DNA of 62,857 bases, the filler included, from Sphacelaria rigidula (Eukaryota): the NCBI GenBank assembly GCA_964200075.2. It is 11 parts of 11 records of this genome, joined end to end, with 100 filler letters (N's around TTAATTAATTAA, not from the genome) between each part and the next. Parts side by side here need not be neighbours in the genome. Positions count along the whole stretch, not along the records: positions 22,897 to 28,520 come from CAXNAA020025771.1; positions 28,621 to 34,244 come from CAXNAA020025772.1; positions 34,345 to 39,967 come from CAXNAA020025773.1; 8 more parts are not named here. One strand, written 5' to 3'. Position numbers and translations under genes: made by a program. Numbering within the stretch: position 1 is the stretch's first letter; every line of letters starts with the position of its first letter. Under the pieces are notes generated by a model. It made no database searches. It saw only the letters and a list, made by a program, of their open reading frames with translations, and was not told the DNA's origin. Below are positions 22,948 through 35,806 of the stretch, in pieces.

Positions 22948-25900
22948 CATCACCGCATCCGCATTTCGGACGGTGGGCGCCGCTTGCCCCGCCGCGGACT
23001 GAGAGCCGGCGCCGGCACCGGCGCCGACAAAACCCGACCCCCGCCCGCCGTCGCCGCCACCGGTAGCACCGCTACCGCATGCCACATCCGCAGAGACTTT
23101 GTTCTCCTCCGAATCCACCTCCAGCACCATGTTATCGCACGGCATTTCGGTTACCATTGTGAATAGGAGCTTGATTGCCGGACCAGCGTACCGGGGACTG
23201 GACGATGAGAAAGCGCAGGCGGGGAGGGGGGGGGGGGGGGGGGGGGGCGGGGGGTGGAGAAGGACTAGGGATCGTTCGACGTTCGACACAGGGGAGTTGA
23301 GACTTAAGGACCCCCAACTAGTATATTATTAATAGAGGGTGCACCCGTTTGATGTGTTGCTCGGAAAGAGTACACGATATCGATGCCCCCCCCCCCCCTC
23401 CCTCCATGAAGGAAAAGTCAAGTGGCCCCCAACGCGACTTTTGATCCGACCCGGACAAGTGTTTTCGGGTTTTGTGAAACATTTGTGGTGAGCTCAAGCC
23501 AGGGCAATTATCGGTCATGAAGAAAAAATCGCGTCCCTGAGTACGTGTGACTCCGTAGATCCGAAAATCTGCGTCGAAAAAGAGGAGAGGAAGGAAGGGT
23601 AGTGAGATGCAGCTTAAACGGCACGTTCGAGGTTGAGCCCCGAAGAAAAAAAAAGGAGACACACAAACACACATGGACACAAGAGGTCGAACCCCCTCGC
23701 CAAAACCGTTTTAGATAAACATATATAAATAGAGGAAGACGTTGAAACAATATTTTCGAAATAAAGCTACCCTACAGGAAACTTTAATCACCACACGCCA
23801 CTTGTAGGGAGGACTGTTACTACACAAATTAATAAAAAGTGAATAACCCAAACACTGATACACGGCCGCCGATGGGATGATGAAGATACTCGGAAGTCAA
23901 TTTGCAATACTGCAAGAGCCACGCGTACCCCCCCCTCCTCCCCAAACTTTTTGTTTCGTCTCCAAAGAGGTGCGTGGTCATTACTCAAACGACCAAGACA
24001 AGCAACAAATGAGCACGCCCCCCGCCTCCCTTCCCTCCCAACTTTTCGCTGTACTCTTTTCAAGGGTTGTGTTGTGTAGGGTATACCCGGAAGTGGGTGA
24101 TTTTTGGTTGACATACTACACTATAGCGGAGTGTGTAACGCACACTCAAGTATGGCTCGGCAGGGTATCAAGCCCTGTTCCGAACATCCTCGTAAGGTTC
24201 TGAAGGGCATTTTCTGATACAACACCTCCTTGAGACTTCTGTGAATACCTGAATTTTCGGCAGGAATACCCTACAGAACATAACCCTTGTACTTTTCCAT
24301 TAACTTGACCCGACACATATATATATATATACCTTGCCACTACCCCAGAGTTGACCAAGCAGCACGTGAGACTATCATAGCTAATCTCCCGCCGCAGATA
24401 CCGCCGATTTGCCCGGTACCCCACCAGCTGCTCGCCGCGCATCACGGCCACCGGTCCAGCCGACGCGCTCGCAACCAGCGTAAATAGTGCCGCCTGAATC
24501 ACGCGGAAATGCTCCGCCTCCATCAGCACTGTCTCGTCCCGCGACATATCCGAGCTGCTGCGCCGCTGCGTTTCCTCGCGACTCGGTCGGCGCCCGCGAC
24601 CCGACGACAACGACGACAACGACGCGCGCGCCCCTTGACCCGGTCCGCTCCCTTCAAGGTCCGTACGGAGCTCCTCATCCTTCCCTCCCTCCTCCGAGTC
24701 GTGAGGATCCTTAGGTCCGGGCGAAGTAGTTAAAGTAGCAGCGGCGACTCGGTTATCGCCGCTGATCTTCCCGTCTCCGCCGTCATCATCGCCCATGAGG
24801 GAAAATCCGATGTCTTGTTGCTGATGTTGTCCTTGTGGAGCTTCTTCCAAAGATAGTGGTGGAGGCGAACGTGGCGGCGGTGCAAGCGTGCTGGGGCACC
24901 GTGAAAACGAGCCATCGAGACTGGATATCGCCGCTAGGGCCGCCTCGAAGCCGCAGCTCTCGCGCCAAACGTCCTTCACCTGTGTGTTCGGTTGTGGGGT
25001 GGTATGCAAGACGGGAGGCCATGGGGGGGAGGGGGAAAGAAATTATTTTCTTGCATATATTTTACCGCGACATCAACCAATTCCCCCAAAATATTATGAT
25101 TTAAATGAACCCTGTAGGGGGGGGGGGGGGGGGGGGAAGGGTTTAGGGGGGGAAAAGCCTTCGGTTGGTGGGTATCCCGGGGGGGGTGGGGGGGGGGGGN
25201 NNNNNNNNNTGATATTGTTACCGGAGACACTAGCGCAGTCCCCAGAATTTGTTGTGTTGTGTTGGGCGGGGGGGGGGGGGGGGGGGGGGGAGATAGGATT
25301 CAGGGGCGAATAGCCTTCGATCTGTTGGTATCACGTAGGCCGTTAGTGGGTAGGGTCTGCGAAAGCAGTGATGAATGAAACGTATCTCCGAGTTGTCTAT
25401 TTTGGGGGGTGGACGTTCCGGATATATATATATATAAGTTTCAAGTACGGCTGCGCGAAACTCTACACGAGGGAACGCAGTGGCGGTTTTTGTCTTCGTT
25501 TCTTTTTTTGCTGAAAACTTTCCTGCCGAATCAAGAGGCCTAATATAACAGCCGGCGACACACTGAACATCCACTTTGAAAACGGAAGCCGGGGGCGTGT
25601 TTTTTTTCTTCGTAAAAAATGCTGACGTGCAGACAACAGCAAATATTGGGACAACTGCTCTGCAAACACCGTGCATCTCCATGAAAATGGTACATGAAAA
25701 CATTATATTATTATATATATATCTCGAAAAAAAACAACTGAAAATAGAAATGGTATAGAAGAGAAAATCGTTGAATCTTGAAATACCGTACTAACAACAC
25801 TGGAGTATAAAAAAAGATCCCAAAAGTCGCCGACGGGCCGTAAGAATGCAAGACGCAACAGCAGCAGCAGCAGCAGTAGCAGCAGCAGTAACTGCGGTAC

Positions 25901-26213
25901 TACATCAAAATCGTTCGAACAAAAACAAATCAAACCAGACCAGACCAAACCGAACCGAACCAAGGCGAGCCAGACCAAATCAAAGCATAACAGTCCAAAC
26001 CGAAACCCGATCCTCACCGCTTGATGCTTGCACAGCAATATGCTGCGCAAGCCGATGAGAGCCGCGGCTTGTCTCCACCGCTCCGACCTCGACTTGCTTC
26101 CCTGCACTAGTTCGATCAGAAACGCCATGTCTTCAGGAACTCCGCTCGGCTCCGACGATGACGCTCTTTCGAGAGCCAACAGGGCAGCTTCCGCGCTAGG
26201 CGGCCCGAAATCG
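22948..26213 (-). CDS. WDFY3/ALFY-like BEACH-domain protein, internal armadillo-type region; exons 26213-26018, 24979-24333, 23197-22948
   Basis: Canonical splice sites and matching phases. Peptide EDMAFLIEL..ALIGLRSIL..KDVWRESCGF..AALFTL..ANRRYLRREISYDSL..G..LLFTM..VRNADAV parallels the conserved WDFY3/Blue cheese segment as I recall it; the BEACH domain itself is not in this contig. Confidence 0.75.
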
Positions 26214-26364
26214 CTGTTGAAAATAAAAAAAATGAAAAGAGAGAGACAATCGATCAACAAGCGGGGAAGGGATGTGGATGTGTTCAGTCAATTTTACTTC
26301 ACAAGAACGCACACAAGAAAACAAAAAACGGTCCGATACTTGAGAACACAACGTATTGGAATTT

Positions 26365-26410
26365 TCACACACACACACACACACACACGCACACACACAC
26401 ACACACACAC
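26365..26410. repeat. (CA)n microsatellite; others are (TA)n 1829-1858, (CAG)n 25857-25890 and (ACAGCA)n 37190-37230
   Basis: Read directly from the sequence. Confidence 0.95.
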
Positions 26411-26504
26411 GCAAACATCACATACACGTGTCACGTGTCATTTTTTCGCTTGAAACACTATTATACAGACTACTGTGACTACCGTGACATCACAACGAAA
26501 CCCT

Positions 26505-26764
26505 CCACGGGTCGGACGAATCAACGATTCGTCTGGAAATTAGTTGATTTGAGTGTGACTGATTTGTACCGTGCGAATAAATTCTTGGGCTTTGTTTTCA
26601 GCGTTGCAACCCAGGTACGCGCAGCCCAGGCACGCGAAATGGCGCAAAAGTTTCGTGGGAACCTTTTTGACCATCGGAGGACTATTTTCTCTCTTTCGAG
26701 CAATTAGGCCTGAAAAAATCGCGGATTTGGTTATTCGAATCGACGATGATTCGTCCGAACCGTG
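26505..26764. mobile_element. MITE with short TIRs
   Basis: CACGGGTCGGACGAATCA ... TGATTCGTCCGAACCGTG (17 of 18 complementary). Confidence 0.65.
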
Positions 26765-26919
26765 AAGCTCCCCCTCACGAGACTGTCATTTGAACGAACC
26801 CTGGTTCGTCTCACCACCCTCGTGCTTAACGCAACCTTTGTAATTCAACGTGTTCAATCAGGTTTGTTTTCTTTCAAACCTATTTTCGGCCACATAAAAG
26901 ATATCAGAAACACTCTTAA

Positions 26920-27017
26920 CCCTTAGATGGCGAGAGTAGGCCACCTATTGAATCGGCATCATTTTCACATGAAAAACGAGCGCATGATCCAGATGGACTA
27001 CCCTCGCGGTCTAAGGG
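26920..27017. mobile_element. 98-bp piggyBac-type miniature element
   Basis: TTAA|CCCTTAGATGGCGAGAGTAG ... CTACCCTCGCGGTCTAAGGG|TCAA: CCC...GGG termini and a TTAA-like TSD with one mismatch. Confidence 0.7.
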
Positions 27018-29235
27018 TCAATTAAACAAATGCGTGACGGCAAAACACACGATATGTATGTATCGTATATGTTTGTTATTTATGCTGTTGTTCCGGACGC
27101 GAGTCTGCACCGTTCGGTATACGTGGGCGCAGCAGCCGGGGTCACACAGGCGACGAAGGCCAACGCAGGATTTTTCATTTTTTCATACTGTTTCAGCACT
27201 CCACTTTCCTTCCGCGGAGCTTGCGCCACTTTCATGGCGGGGGTTCAGTGGTCCCTGTCCCTCGCCGCCCGTGAAGTCGGATTTTTGTGTACCCGACGAC
27301 AAAATCCCCTCTCCACTACTGTTGGGCATGGTACGACAAAAAGGCCCAGGTTGTGTGCCTTCATCGACATTCAGAACCCACGTCCCAATCGCCAGAAATT
27401 TCCGAGGTTTCGGTATCAACTGAGCCTCTGGGGCAAACGGCTATATTTTATACAGAGAGATATGAAAAAATACATGGAGAGATCCATCGCCGCGTCACGG
27501 TAGTCCAACGAGTACACCTTACGACCGTTTCATGCGGAGTTGAGGGCCCCAATCTCAGCAGATCACACTCTCTACGATAGCCCCCCCCCCACAAAAAGTG
27601 GCTGGTTTGGAGGGACAAAATCTACACATAATCGGAATGGAAAACACCGGGCACAACGGGAAGCTGGGAAGTCTAATGCTTCGGTTCGTTTTCGCCCATG
27701 TCGCCCATCTGTAGCGCTTCGGGCAGCCTGAAACCAAACATCAGGCGCTGTATGACCTTTTCCTTCGTGACAGTTTTAGGCTGGTTTTGTTGGGGGGGGG
27801 CTATCGTAAATAGTGTCAGATATATGTAAATATATCTATATATATATATATCTTTATTTTCCTGAGGAGTTTCTGATTTTCGTCTTTGACGACGTCACGG
27901 AGAGAGCAGCGAAGGGAAATTCCAGAAAAGTCGACGCGGTACGCTGGAGTGCTGATCCAATCCTCGACACTCACATGTGTGTCAAAAAAAAGAATACACC
28001 AAAGTTCGACCCAGGGACAATGTCAAATTACTGACAACAGCACGATAACACAAATCTACTCGAAGGGCATGTAAAGCGCAACGGCGGTTCACGGGCGTCA
28101 TGTACAAAATACATGCTTTTGTGCTGCATATTTTCGGGGGCAGGAGGGTGAAGCATCCTCGAATTAATCAACATGTCGCTGAATGGTCACATCAAGATCA
28201 TACCCACTTTTACCATCTCTTTACTGCCTTGAGTCATGTTTCAAAATTGTTTCCACCGCACCCCCGCCATGCTGCGGAACTTGGTTGGAAGTTGAAGGAA
28301 AGTCGAAGAGACCGGAGATCATTCTTTTTTTGATGCAACCGAGATCAAACCAAGGACAATTTCACCTCGGGCATGAAGAGGTGGAAACATTTTGCGGCGG
28401 CACAGCACGGCACCGTTATAACTGAGAAAGAGGACCTAGAGCATCGGGTACTCTCGCCCCCATCCCCCCCCCCCCACCCCCCGCACCCCTACCCCCCCCC
28501 CCTCCCCCCTCACCCCCCCCNNNNNNNNNNNNNNNNNNNNNNNNNNNNNNNNNNNNNNNNNNNNTTAATTAATTAANNNNNNNNNNNNNNNNNNNNNNNN
28601 NNNNNNNNNNNNNNNNNNNNCCCCCCCCCCCTCAAAAGGCCAAAAATCAAACCACTAAGGCAAGCACCAAATGAGGACCCCCCCCCCCCCCCCCCGTATC
28701 GATCGAAGACACTTGCGGACGGTACTTCTCTCGGGTTTTTGTCGCATACTGGCTAGCCTACTCAACCCTCATTTCATTGATCAACCTCATTTTATAGAAT
28801 CCCCTGTTAATTCCACACATGCATGCCAAGATCCCATTCAGCATACGAACATTCGTAGATGCATTCCTATTTCACTCAGCATCCGAAAATTCGTACATGC
28901 ATGCCAATATTTGACGCAGGACTTGCAATGCAACCCATTTTGCACGAAACATGCACCATGCATGTTATTCAGAGCAGCACAGCACACGCATACCAAATTC
29001 CACGCGTACACTGGCATTTTCCAGCGAACGCAACCCGAGCACACCCGCTCTACTGCCATGCTTCATGCGCGAACAGCAACACAAATATGACCCAAAAAGC
29101 ACACTATAACAACCTTTAATCGTCACAAAACGATTCGGAAATACCAGTCATCATGTGTGTCCTCATGCTCTACAAGCACCCTCACAAGTACTTGCTCCTC
29201 AACAATATTCAATCCGGAGCTCATCACTATGTCAC

Positions 29236-31400
29236 TCATGTCAGGTGATCCCCGCTTTCTAGGCTTCTAGTCCGCTCCTGCGAAGTAGCAGCACTGGAAC
29301 CACTATCTTCTGCATACCATAGAGCAACAGTTCTTCTCGTACTATCGCTTCTAGTAGCCACATCTAGCACCCCCATGGTGCATCTCAGCATGCCACCAAA
29401 CAGCAGCACATCCTTACTGCCGAACCAATGCGACAAATACTTTGCCTCCAGAGACGCTTGCGCATCGACGATTTCTCCTGTTTCAGTCGCTTGTTTAGAC
29501 GAAACGAGAGGTGGAACGGGAACAGCCATACAGTCCCGCATAGCAACAGCTCTCGAGGGCACCACACCATCCTCATTCAGAACCTGACCTGACATCATAT
29601 GAACAATATCACGCATCATTCGCTCACATTTACGATGGGACAACGGCGAATGGACCATCCGAAATCTACGATCCATCAGCGCCTTATTAAACGCTCTCAC
29701 CGCACAATTCTTCACATGCCATCCCGCATCGCCGACCCATACCTCCGGCGACCCCATCGCTTTTGCTTTGAACCATGTCAGAAAATGCTTCACCTTCTTC
29801 GCCTCCACACTAAACTCCGCGGGCTCCAACCACACGAAGTTGCTCACATCGTATTTGATCACCAAATTATCTTGGATCAGATCTCCGTCCAACCCACCAT
29901 TTTCCAGCTGACCACTCGCTCCATCGCTGAGGAAATTGAATTTCATCACCTCCTCCGGGCGAGTACCATGCACCTTATCCCCACCATGCACCATATCCTC
30001 ATGGGGAGGGGGAATGTGCGCCCCCACCTTGGATTCGCTCACCCGCCGGGAGCAGAAATTTTCCGGCATTTCCATCGCGGCTCTCTCCAAGCTTTACTGC
30101 AAACTGCAGTTTAGTAGCCCAAACGCCACCAAAACTGCAATGCACGAAGCTAGCCACCCGGCCTTCACCGGATCGTTGCAATGGGGCTGGGCCTTCGCAG
30201 CCGTCGCCTGCGACTGAGGCTGCACCCTCACAGGCTGTACGGCTTCACTCTCAGGAGCTTCCTCTTCCTTTTCACCTGTATCCTTCTTGCTCTCACTTTG
30301 AAACGACCACACAGGAACAATCACCCGCCTAGCCGAAAGATAGTTGGGGTTGTACACCCCGGTCTGCACCAGCACAGCACGCGGGCGTAACGTTTCCAAA
30401 GCCAGCGGATACAAATTCACCCCCGAGTTCCTTCGTAGTCGCCATACCAAATAACACTACGTCATCGTTGCCAGGCATGACCGCGAAAGTGAATGGCGAC
30501 ATCTCCACAGCGCCCCACGGCGGTCGCACGCTCACAGCAATAGGCACCGTTTTATGCGAAACAGTCACGGGCGCACCCGTGGCGCTCTGTGCCATTTGCG
30601 GCCCATTTTCAAATGGTAGTTGTAGCTGGGCGCATCCAAACTCTGAAGACATATGTTGTAGCAACCCCACACGTATTGATGCCAGTGCTGATCCAGAGTC
30701 CAGGAAAAAGCGAGCCATAAATGGACCAACAAAACCGGGTATAGATAGATCGGCGCGCAAGCATTCTGCGGTGCGGTCGACAGGCACGACACCTGCCGAA
30801 GAAATACTCTGGTTAGTACCTAGAGTTACTTGACGCCAAGGCAGCGCTCCAGCACTTGACATCGGTGCTTTTACATTCGTCGCACCAGTGGAAGATACAC
30901 CAGACACGAATCCTGCTGGGCCTATGGGTTGCGAGCCTTCCACTGCAGCACTCCCCACCGAAGTATTACCTACTCCCAGATGTGTTAGCCGCCCCGACAC
31001 AGACGAGCCTAGAGATCTAGAGTCTTCACTTGCAAACGCACTTGAGGATACAATAGCGGCGGAATTACAAGTCTCCGTCGTGTGATTTCGTTCTTGGCCC
31101 CTGCCTCTTCACCCGTATCTCTGGTTGTTCCGACTTTGTCCGCCATAACGACCGCCTCGAGATCTTGACAAATCTCGCGTAAGTCCTTGCACAGCGCCTT
31201 TAACGCGAGGCTTGGGGCAACGTCTTAAAATATGTCCATGGTCTCCACAATGGTAATATAGGCGAGTGAACAACCCTCGCGAAGTCGGCAGCTGTTCCTA
31301 TTGCTTGCGCTCGCCATACTTTGACGTTTCTAACGGTTGATCCCAAACCAGCGGCATCGTTGCCGCTTGGGCCATGTTCTCTATGACTCAAAAATCACCG
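29236..31400 (-). pseudogene. Decayed Ty3/gypsy-like retroelement (gag zinc knuckle, aspartic protease, integrase remnant; no RT seen)
   Basis: Minus strand: YYHCGDHGHILRRC (degenerate CCHC, ~31215-31258), FFLDSGSA protease motif followed by DVVLFG, and an integrase-like HSPLSHRKCERMMRDI; several frameshifts and stops. Confidence 0.7.
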
Positions 31401-31835
31401 ATAGACTGTTGCCTTACTTGAGCGTCCCTCCAGCGGAGTGTTCTCCCAATGCTGTGCGCTTCAGACTGTGCGCTTCAGGCTGCGGTCTCCTCCTGTCTTC
31501 GGGCTAAAACTGGCTCTAAGCTGCCGCCCAATCTCTCCTCAGCCAAAACTCTTCGAACAGAGTGTCGGAAGAATAACATCTAGATATTGTAGCCTCTGCC
31601 AGATGATCTGGACAAGAGGACTATCCACGAGGGACTCCTCCATTAGCACTGCCCTCGTGGTCGACAAGTTCTTTCTTCTCACTTGGTATGTTCACGGAGT
31701 AAACAGCTGCAGCCCGCACGGTCAGGCATGGGCTACACAGCAAGGGTCATCATCCACAGTATCCCCTTGTCCCCTAGGCATCGTCCAGCATCCTACATGC
31801 TATATCTACTACGCCTGGGTATATCTTGGCTACAA

Positions 31836-33417
31836 TCTACAAGGCTTGGGTGCGTAGGCAGCCTATACTGCAAAGCGATGTCTGTTCGCAACACGCTGCA
31901 TGCACAGATCTCAACTGAGCTGCACGTTCGCTGCACTGTAGTACTCGGTTGTACGGGCGGCACAGACAACAGTACAAACAGCACTGTGTTGTATGCGTTG
32001 GATGTACTACCGTAGTAGCACTACCTATCTCATAGTCTTGTGTGTACTCTCAGTTCGGTCCTGTCTCTACAAGGCTTGGGTGCGTGGGTAGTCTGTAAAG
32101 CATTGCGACGGCTGTTCGCAACACGCTGCGTGCACAGACATGAACTGAGCTACAATATTGTACGGACCACATACAGCATAGACTGTCCTATCTGTACAGC
32201 AGTCGTCATCGACCCTGCCCTCTGCTGTTCTCATGGGCTAAAGGGCCACCACGCTACGGGCGAGCGAAGGACAATGATGCAACACGCTGAATGCCCGCGA
32301 GCAGCGGCGATAGCAGTAGTAGTGATGGCAGCCAAGCCATCACGGGTGCTATCGTGGGCTGTAAAGTGTGTTTAAGCGAGGTTCAAACGCTTTCTCGATA
32401 ACATTTTTCGATAGCCGGAGGTTATCAGAAAATCAGAGAAAATCCTGATTTTCTGATAACTTTAGGCTATCGGAAGATCTTATCAGAAAAAAATCTATCT
32501 GGAAACGCGTTTTCTGATCAAACGCGTTTTCTGATAACATAATAGGTGGGGTTTTTGGTCATTTATCAGAAAACGCGTTTATGATGGAGGTTTTTTTATA
32601 CATAAAAAGTAGCCTTACGTCTAAAAACCACGCTATCAGAAAAGCGGTTTTTCAACAGAGCGATTTTTCACATATTTTTTCAAAGTAGCCCTTCTCACGT
32701 GATCGACGCACTATCAACATTGAAAACGCAGTGTTCGTCGATTTCTATGAGGTTTGCAGGCATAATTTCAAATTCTGGGGCGCGCGAGAGAGATGCAGCA
32801 CTCTGTTGTCCTATCGTGGTGTACGGCCGGTACTGACTGTCCGTACTACTGTGATACATTGCCCGAGCAATGCATAGTGGGCTGCGTGACGCAAGACGAT
32901 CAATAAGAACACCACCTTGCTGCACCAACTGACTGTAGAAGTGATGGTAGTGCTTTTTTACTGCACGGTAGTACTTGACTGAAAGAAAAGCACGGACAAC
33001 AGTACACACAGCAGTGCTGTATTGTACGCGTTGGCTGTGTACAACAGAGCACTATTCATAGTCTTTTGTGTACTATCAGTACGGTCCTGTATCTACAAGG
33101 ATTGGGTGCGTAGGCAGCCTGTACTGCAAAGCGACGTCTGTTCGCAACACGCTGCATGCACAGATCTCAACTGAGCTGCACGTTCGCTGCACTGTAGTAC
33201 TCGGTTGTACGGGCAGTACGGACAACAGTACAGACAGCACTGTGTTGTATGGATTGGATGTACTACAACAGTAGTAGCACTCACCTATCTCATAGTGTTG
33301 TGTGCACTGTCAGTTCGGTCCTGTCTCTACAAGGCTTGGGTGCGTGGGCAGTCTGTAAAGTACTGCGACGGCTGTTCGCAACACGCTGCGTGCACAGACA
33401 TGAACTGAGCTACAATA
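31836..33417 (+). repeat. ~230-bp tandem unit in two clusters (31836-32157 and ~32985-33417) around a TATCAGAAAA array (32385-32670)
   Basis: CTACAAGG.TTGGGTGCGT recurs at ~31838, 32067, 33093 and 33327; ~320 bp near-identical between the clusters. Confidence 0.9.
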
Positions 33418-34698
33418 CAATCTATTTCCTGATATATTTATTAAATAATTAATTGGTTTGGTTGATCGGGAATGGATACTGGGTTTGGGGTTGAATTGTT
33501 ATTGTTTGGGAAAAGGGAACACAAGATCGAAGAAAAATAGTAAGTAATTGCATAATGCCGGAAGGTGAACGTTACGACTGGCGCGGCTTAGAGGGGAACC
33601 GTCTCACGGGACGACCAACCAGTCCACTTCGTGTCATGGGCAACTAGTGAAGTAGTGATGTGTTCTGCTCTTCACCTGCACCCCTTGTACATGATGCGGT
33701 GCGGTGTTAAAGTTTCCATCATACCCAGCCACGCGTCGCTGTTCTTCGTAAAACTCGTGATATGCCGAGTTGATCGTTTCATGCCAAAAAATGAACAGAG
33801 AACGCGGCGATTCGGCAGGATTCAGGGAGTCCCTCCGAGATCACACGTAAAATTTCAAACTCCACCTCGTCATATTGAGATGAGACGGGGTATGGAAACC
33901 ACAAATCCGAATCCCGGCCCAGGTCTCACAACAATATATCGGTCGGGTTCCACCTGCATTCAAAGAAGGAAGTGAGATTGCTGTGCCACACCACCAACAT
34001 CGTAGATAGATGCAGTCATGCATTCAATCGTTGAATATTGTGGCGCAGTACGATCACACGCGGAGAAGGCCCACGTTGACGGCGGTAAAACGCCTGGTAC
34101 TCCATCGGCCAGGTACCGATACCTTTGCTGCTTCACCGCCTCCCGAACAGCGTACCCATTTTCGACGAGGACACAACTAACAGCCGATCCTAATTTTTGG
34201 GGTTGAAACATTAAATGAGGTTGAAGTCCCATTTCTCCATTGCANNNNNNNNNNNNNNNNNNNNNNNNNNNNNNNNNNNNNNNNNNNNTTAATTAATTAA
34301 NNNNNNNNNNNNNNNNNNNNNNNNNNNNNNNNNNNNNNNNNNNNAGTTGGTTGTCTCTTAAACCGTCCCAAAAGCTACCCGTCTCGCTGCGATCCCCGTC
34401 CCTTTCACTCCGGGGAGGGCGACTCCCCTTGCCAGTGCTCTATCGACTGCCATCAGGACTTCTAGTGTTGTCACTTCTCACCGTACCCTCGAGTTACTCG
34501 TCTCCCCCACACGTTCCCAGAGTGTGTGCACTAGGGTCCGTAGCAGTCAACTCCAAACATACTTCCTGTGCTGCAGCAGATGTGAGCACCAGGCTATACC
34601 CCACCCTTTTCTCTTTGGGCCATTTTTTACTGAGGTTTCTTCTCTTTGGGGCCATTTTTTTACAGAGGTTTTCTCTCCTCTTTTTTCTTCAAAGAAAG

Positions 34699-34771
34699 TG
34701 CGTTCGACGGGAATCGAACCAGCGACCAACTTTTGCCACGGTTTAAGAGACAACCAACTATACTACTGACC
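34699..34771 (-). ncRNA. tRNA-derived Pol III head; inverted degenerate partner at 34345-34402
   Basis: A-box TAGTATAGTTGG and B-box GGTTCGATTCC; no paired acceptor stem; AGTTGGTTGTCTCTTAAACCGT shared with the + strand copy at 34345. Confidence 0.65.
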
Positions 34772-34929
34772 AGTCACTCTTAAACCGTCACAGCGCTGAG
34801 AACCAGAATCCTGTGCAAGCGATGCCTTCACGCATCACCGAACAAAAGCATCGTAAATATCGTTTTTCTTCTAAGATACATGACACACATCTGGCAAATA
34901 TCCGATCATACTCTTAAAATACCTTCAAT

Positions 34930-35165
34930 TTCCCGAGGGAGATTGGACGGGATTCCCTGTCCCACCGACGGGACGTCTCGTGGGGACGGAACGAATGTCC
35001 CGTGGGGACGAAACGAATGTCCCGTGAAATATGATGGGAAACAGCCGCTATAGTCCCGTGAGAACGGGAAAGGGATGGAGAAAAATCAGGACGGGGTCGG
35101 GACGGGACGGGAAGTGCGCCCCCAGAAAAACGACGGAACAGGAGAATCCGTCCCGTTCCGTCTGT
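34930..35165. repeat. GGGACG/TCCCGT motif array (transposon subterminal-type)
   Basis: Dense GGGAC(G) and (G)TCCCGT motifs in both orientations. Confidence 0.65.
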
Positions 35166-35451
35166 TCTCTCCGCGAGAGCTCTTCCCTGTACAGTAGCGG
35201 CTACGACTTGAGGGAAAATGTTCAAATGAAAGTACCGATTTAATAGGGTCAAACAGGCTTGGCACAACCAAACTCGATTCAAGAGGAAATTGGCATGTTT
35301 TGTGAGAATTTCTCTTGAATCGAACTTCTGGAAGAGCCACGTGGTCATCACACACATCAACACGCACACACAGCTGCAGACACCACGCCCTGCGCAGCGG
35401 GCACGCGCTGCGCTGTCCCAGATGACACGCCGTCACTGGGAGCGAAAGCAA

Positions 35452-35806
35452 ATGCGGGTTCCATGGAGGCGGTGGAAACATGGCTGTCTGTAGAGAGCGA
35501 GGAGGTAGCCAGTGCGAGGGTAGGAGACATGGTAGAAGACCTCTGTAATGAGAACGTGCTGCAGATGGATTCTTCCTCGGACGACGAGGTCGACCTCACT
35601 GTGCAAGGGGGGGCGCGTCAGTCTTCGGGGGCAGCGGCACCGCCGCCACCGCCGTACGGGGGGTAGCAGAGCACTTTTGTAAACTGGAGGATACTGCCGA
35701 GGAGTGCGGCATGTCCGAAGTGACTTACCACCTCCGCAAGGCTAAGCTAGCTTGGATGAGTGCCTTTGGACGGAGGGAAATCAAGCAGACGTACATGAGA
35801 GACTAA
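35452..35806 (+). pseudogene. C-terminal remnant of a pogo/Tigger-like transposase
   Basis: VETWLSVE..acidic tract..PPPPY, a frameshift in a G-run, then a helical segment ending KQTYMRD*, resembling the terminal KQTxIxxFF box of pogo-family transposases; no DDE core present. Confidence 0.5.
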
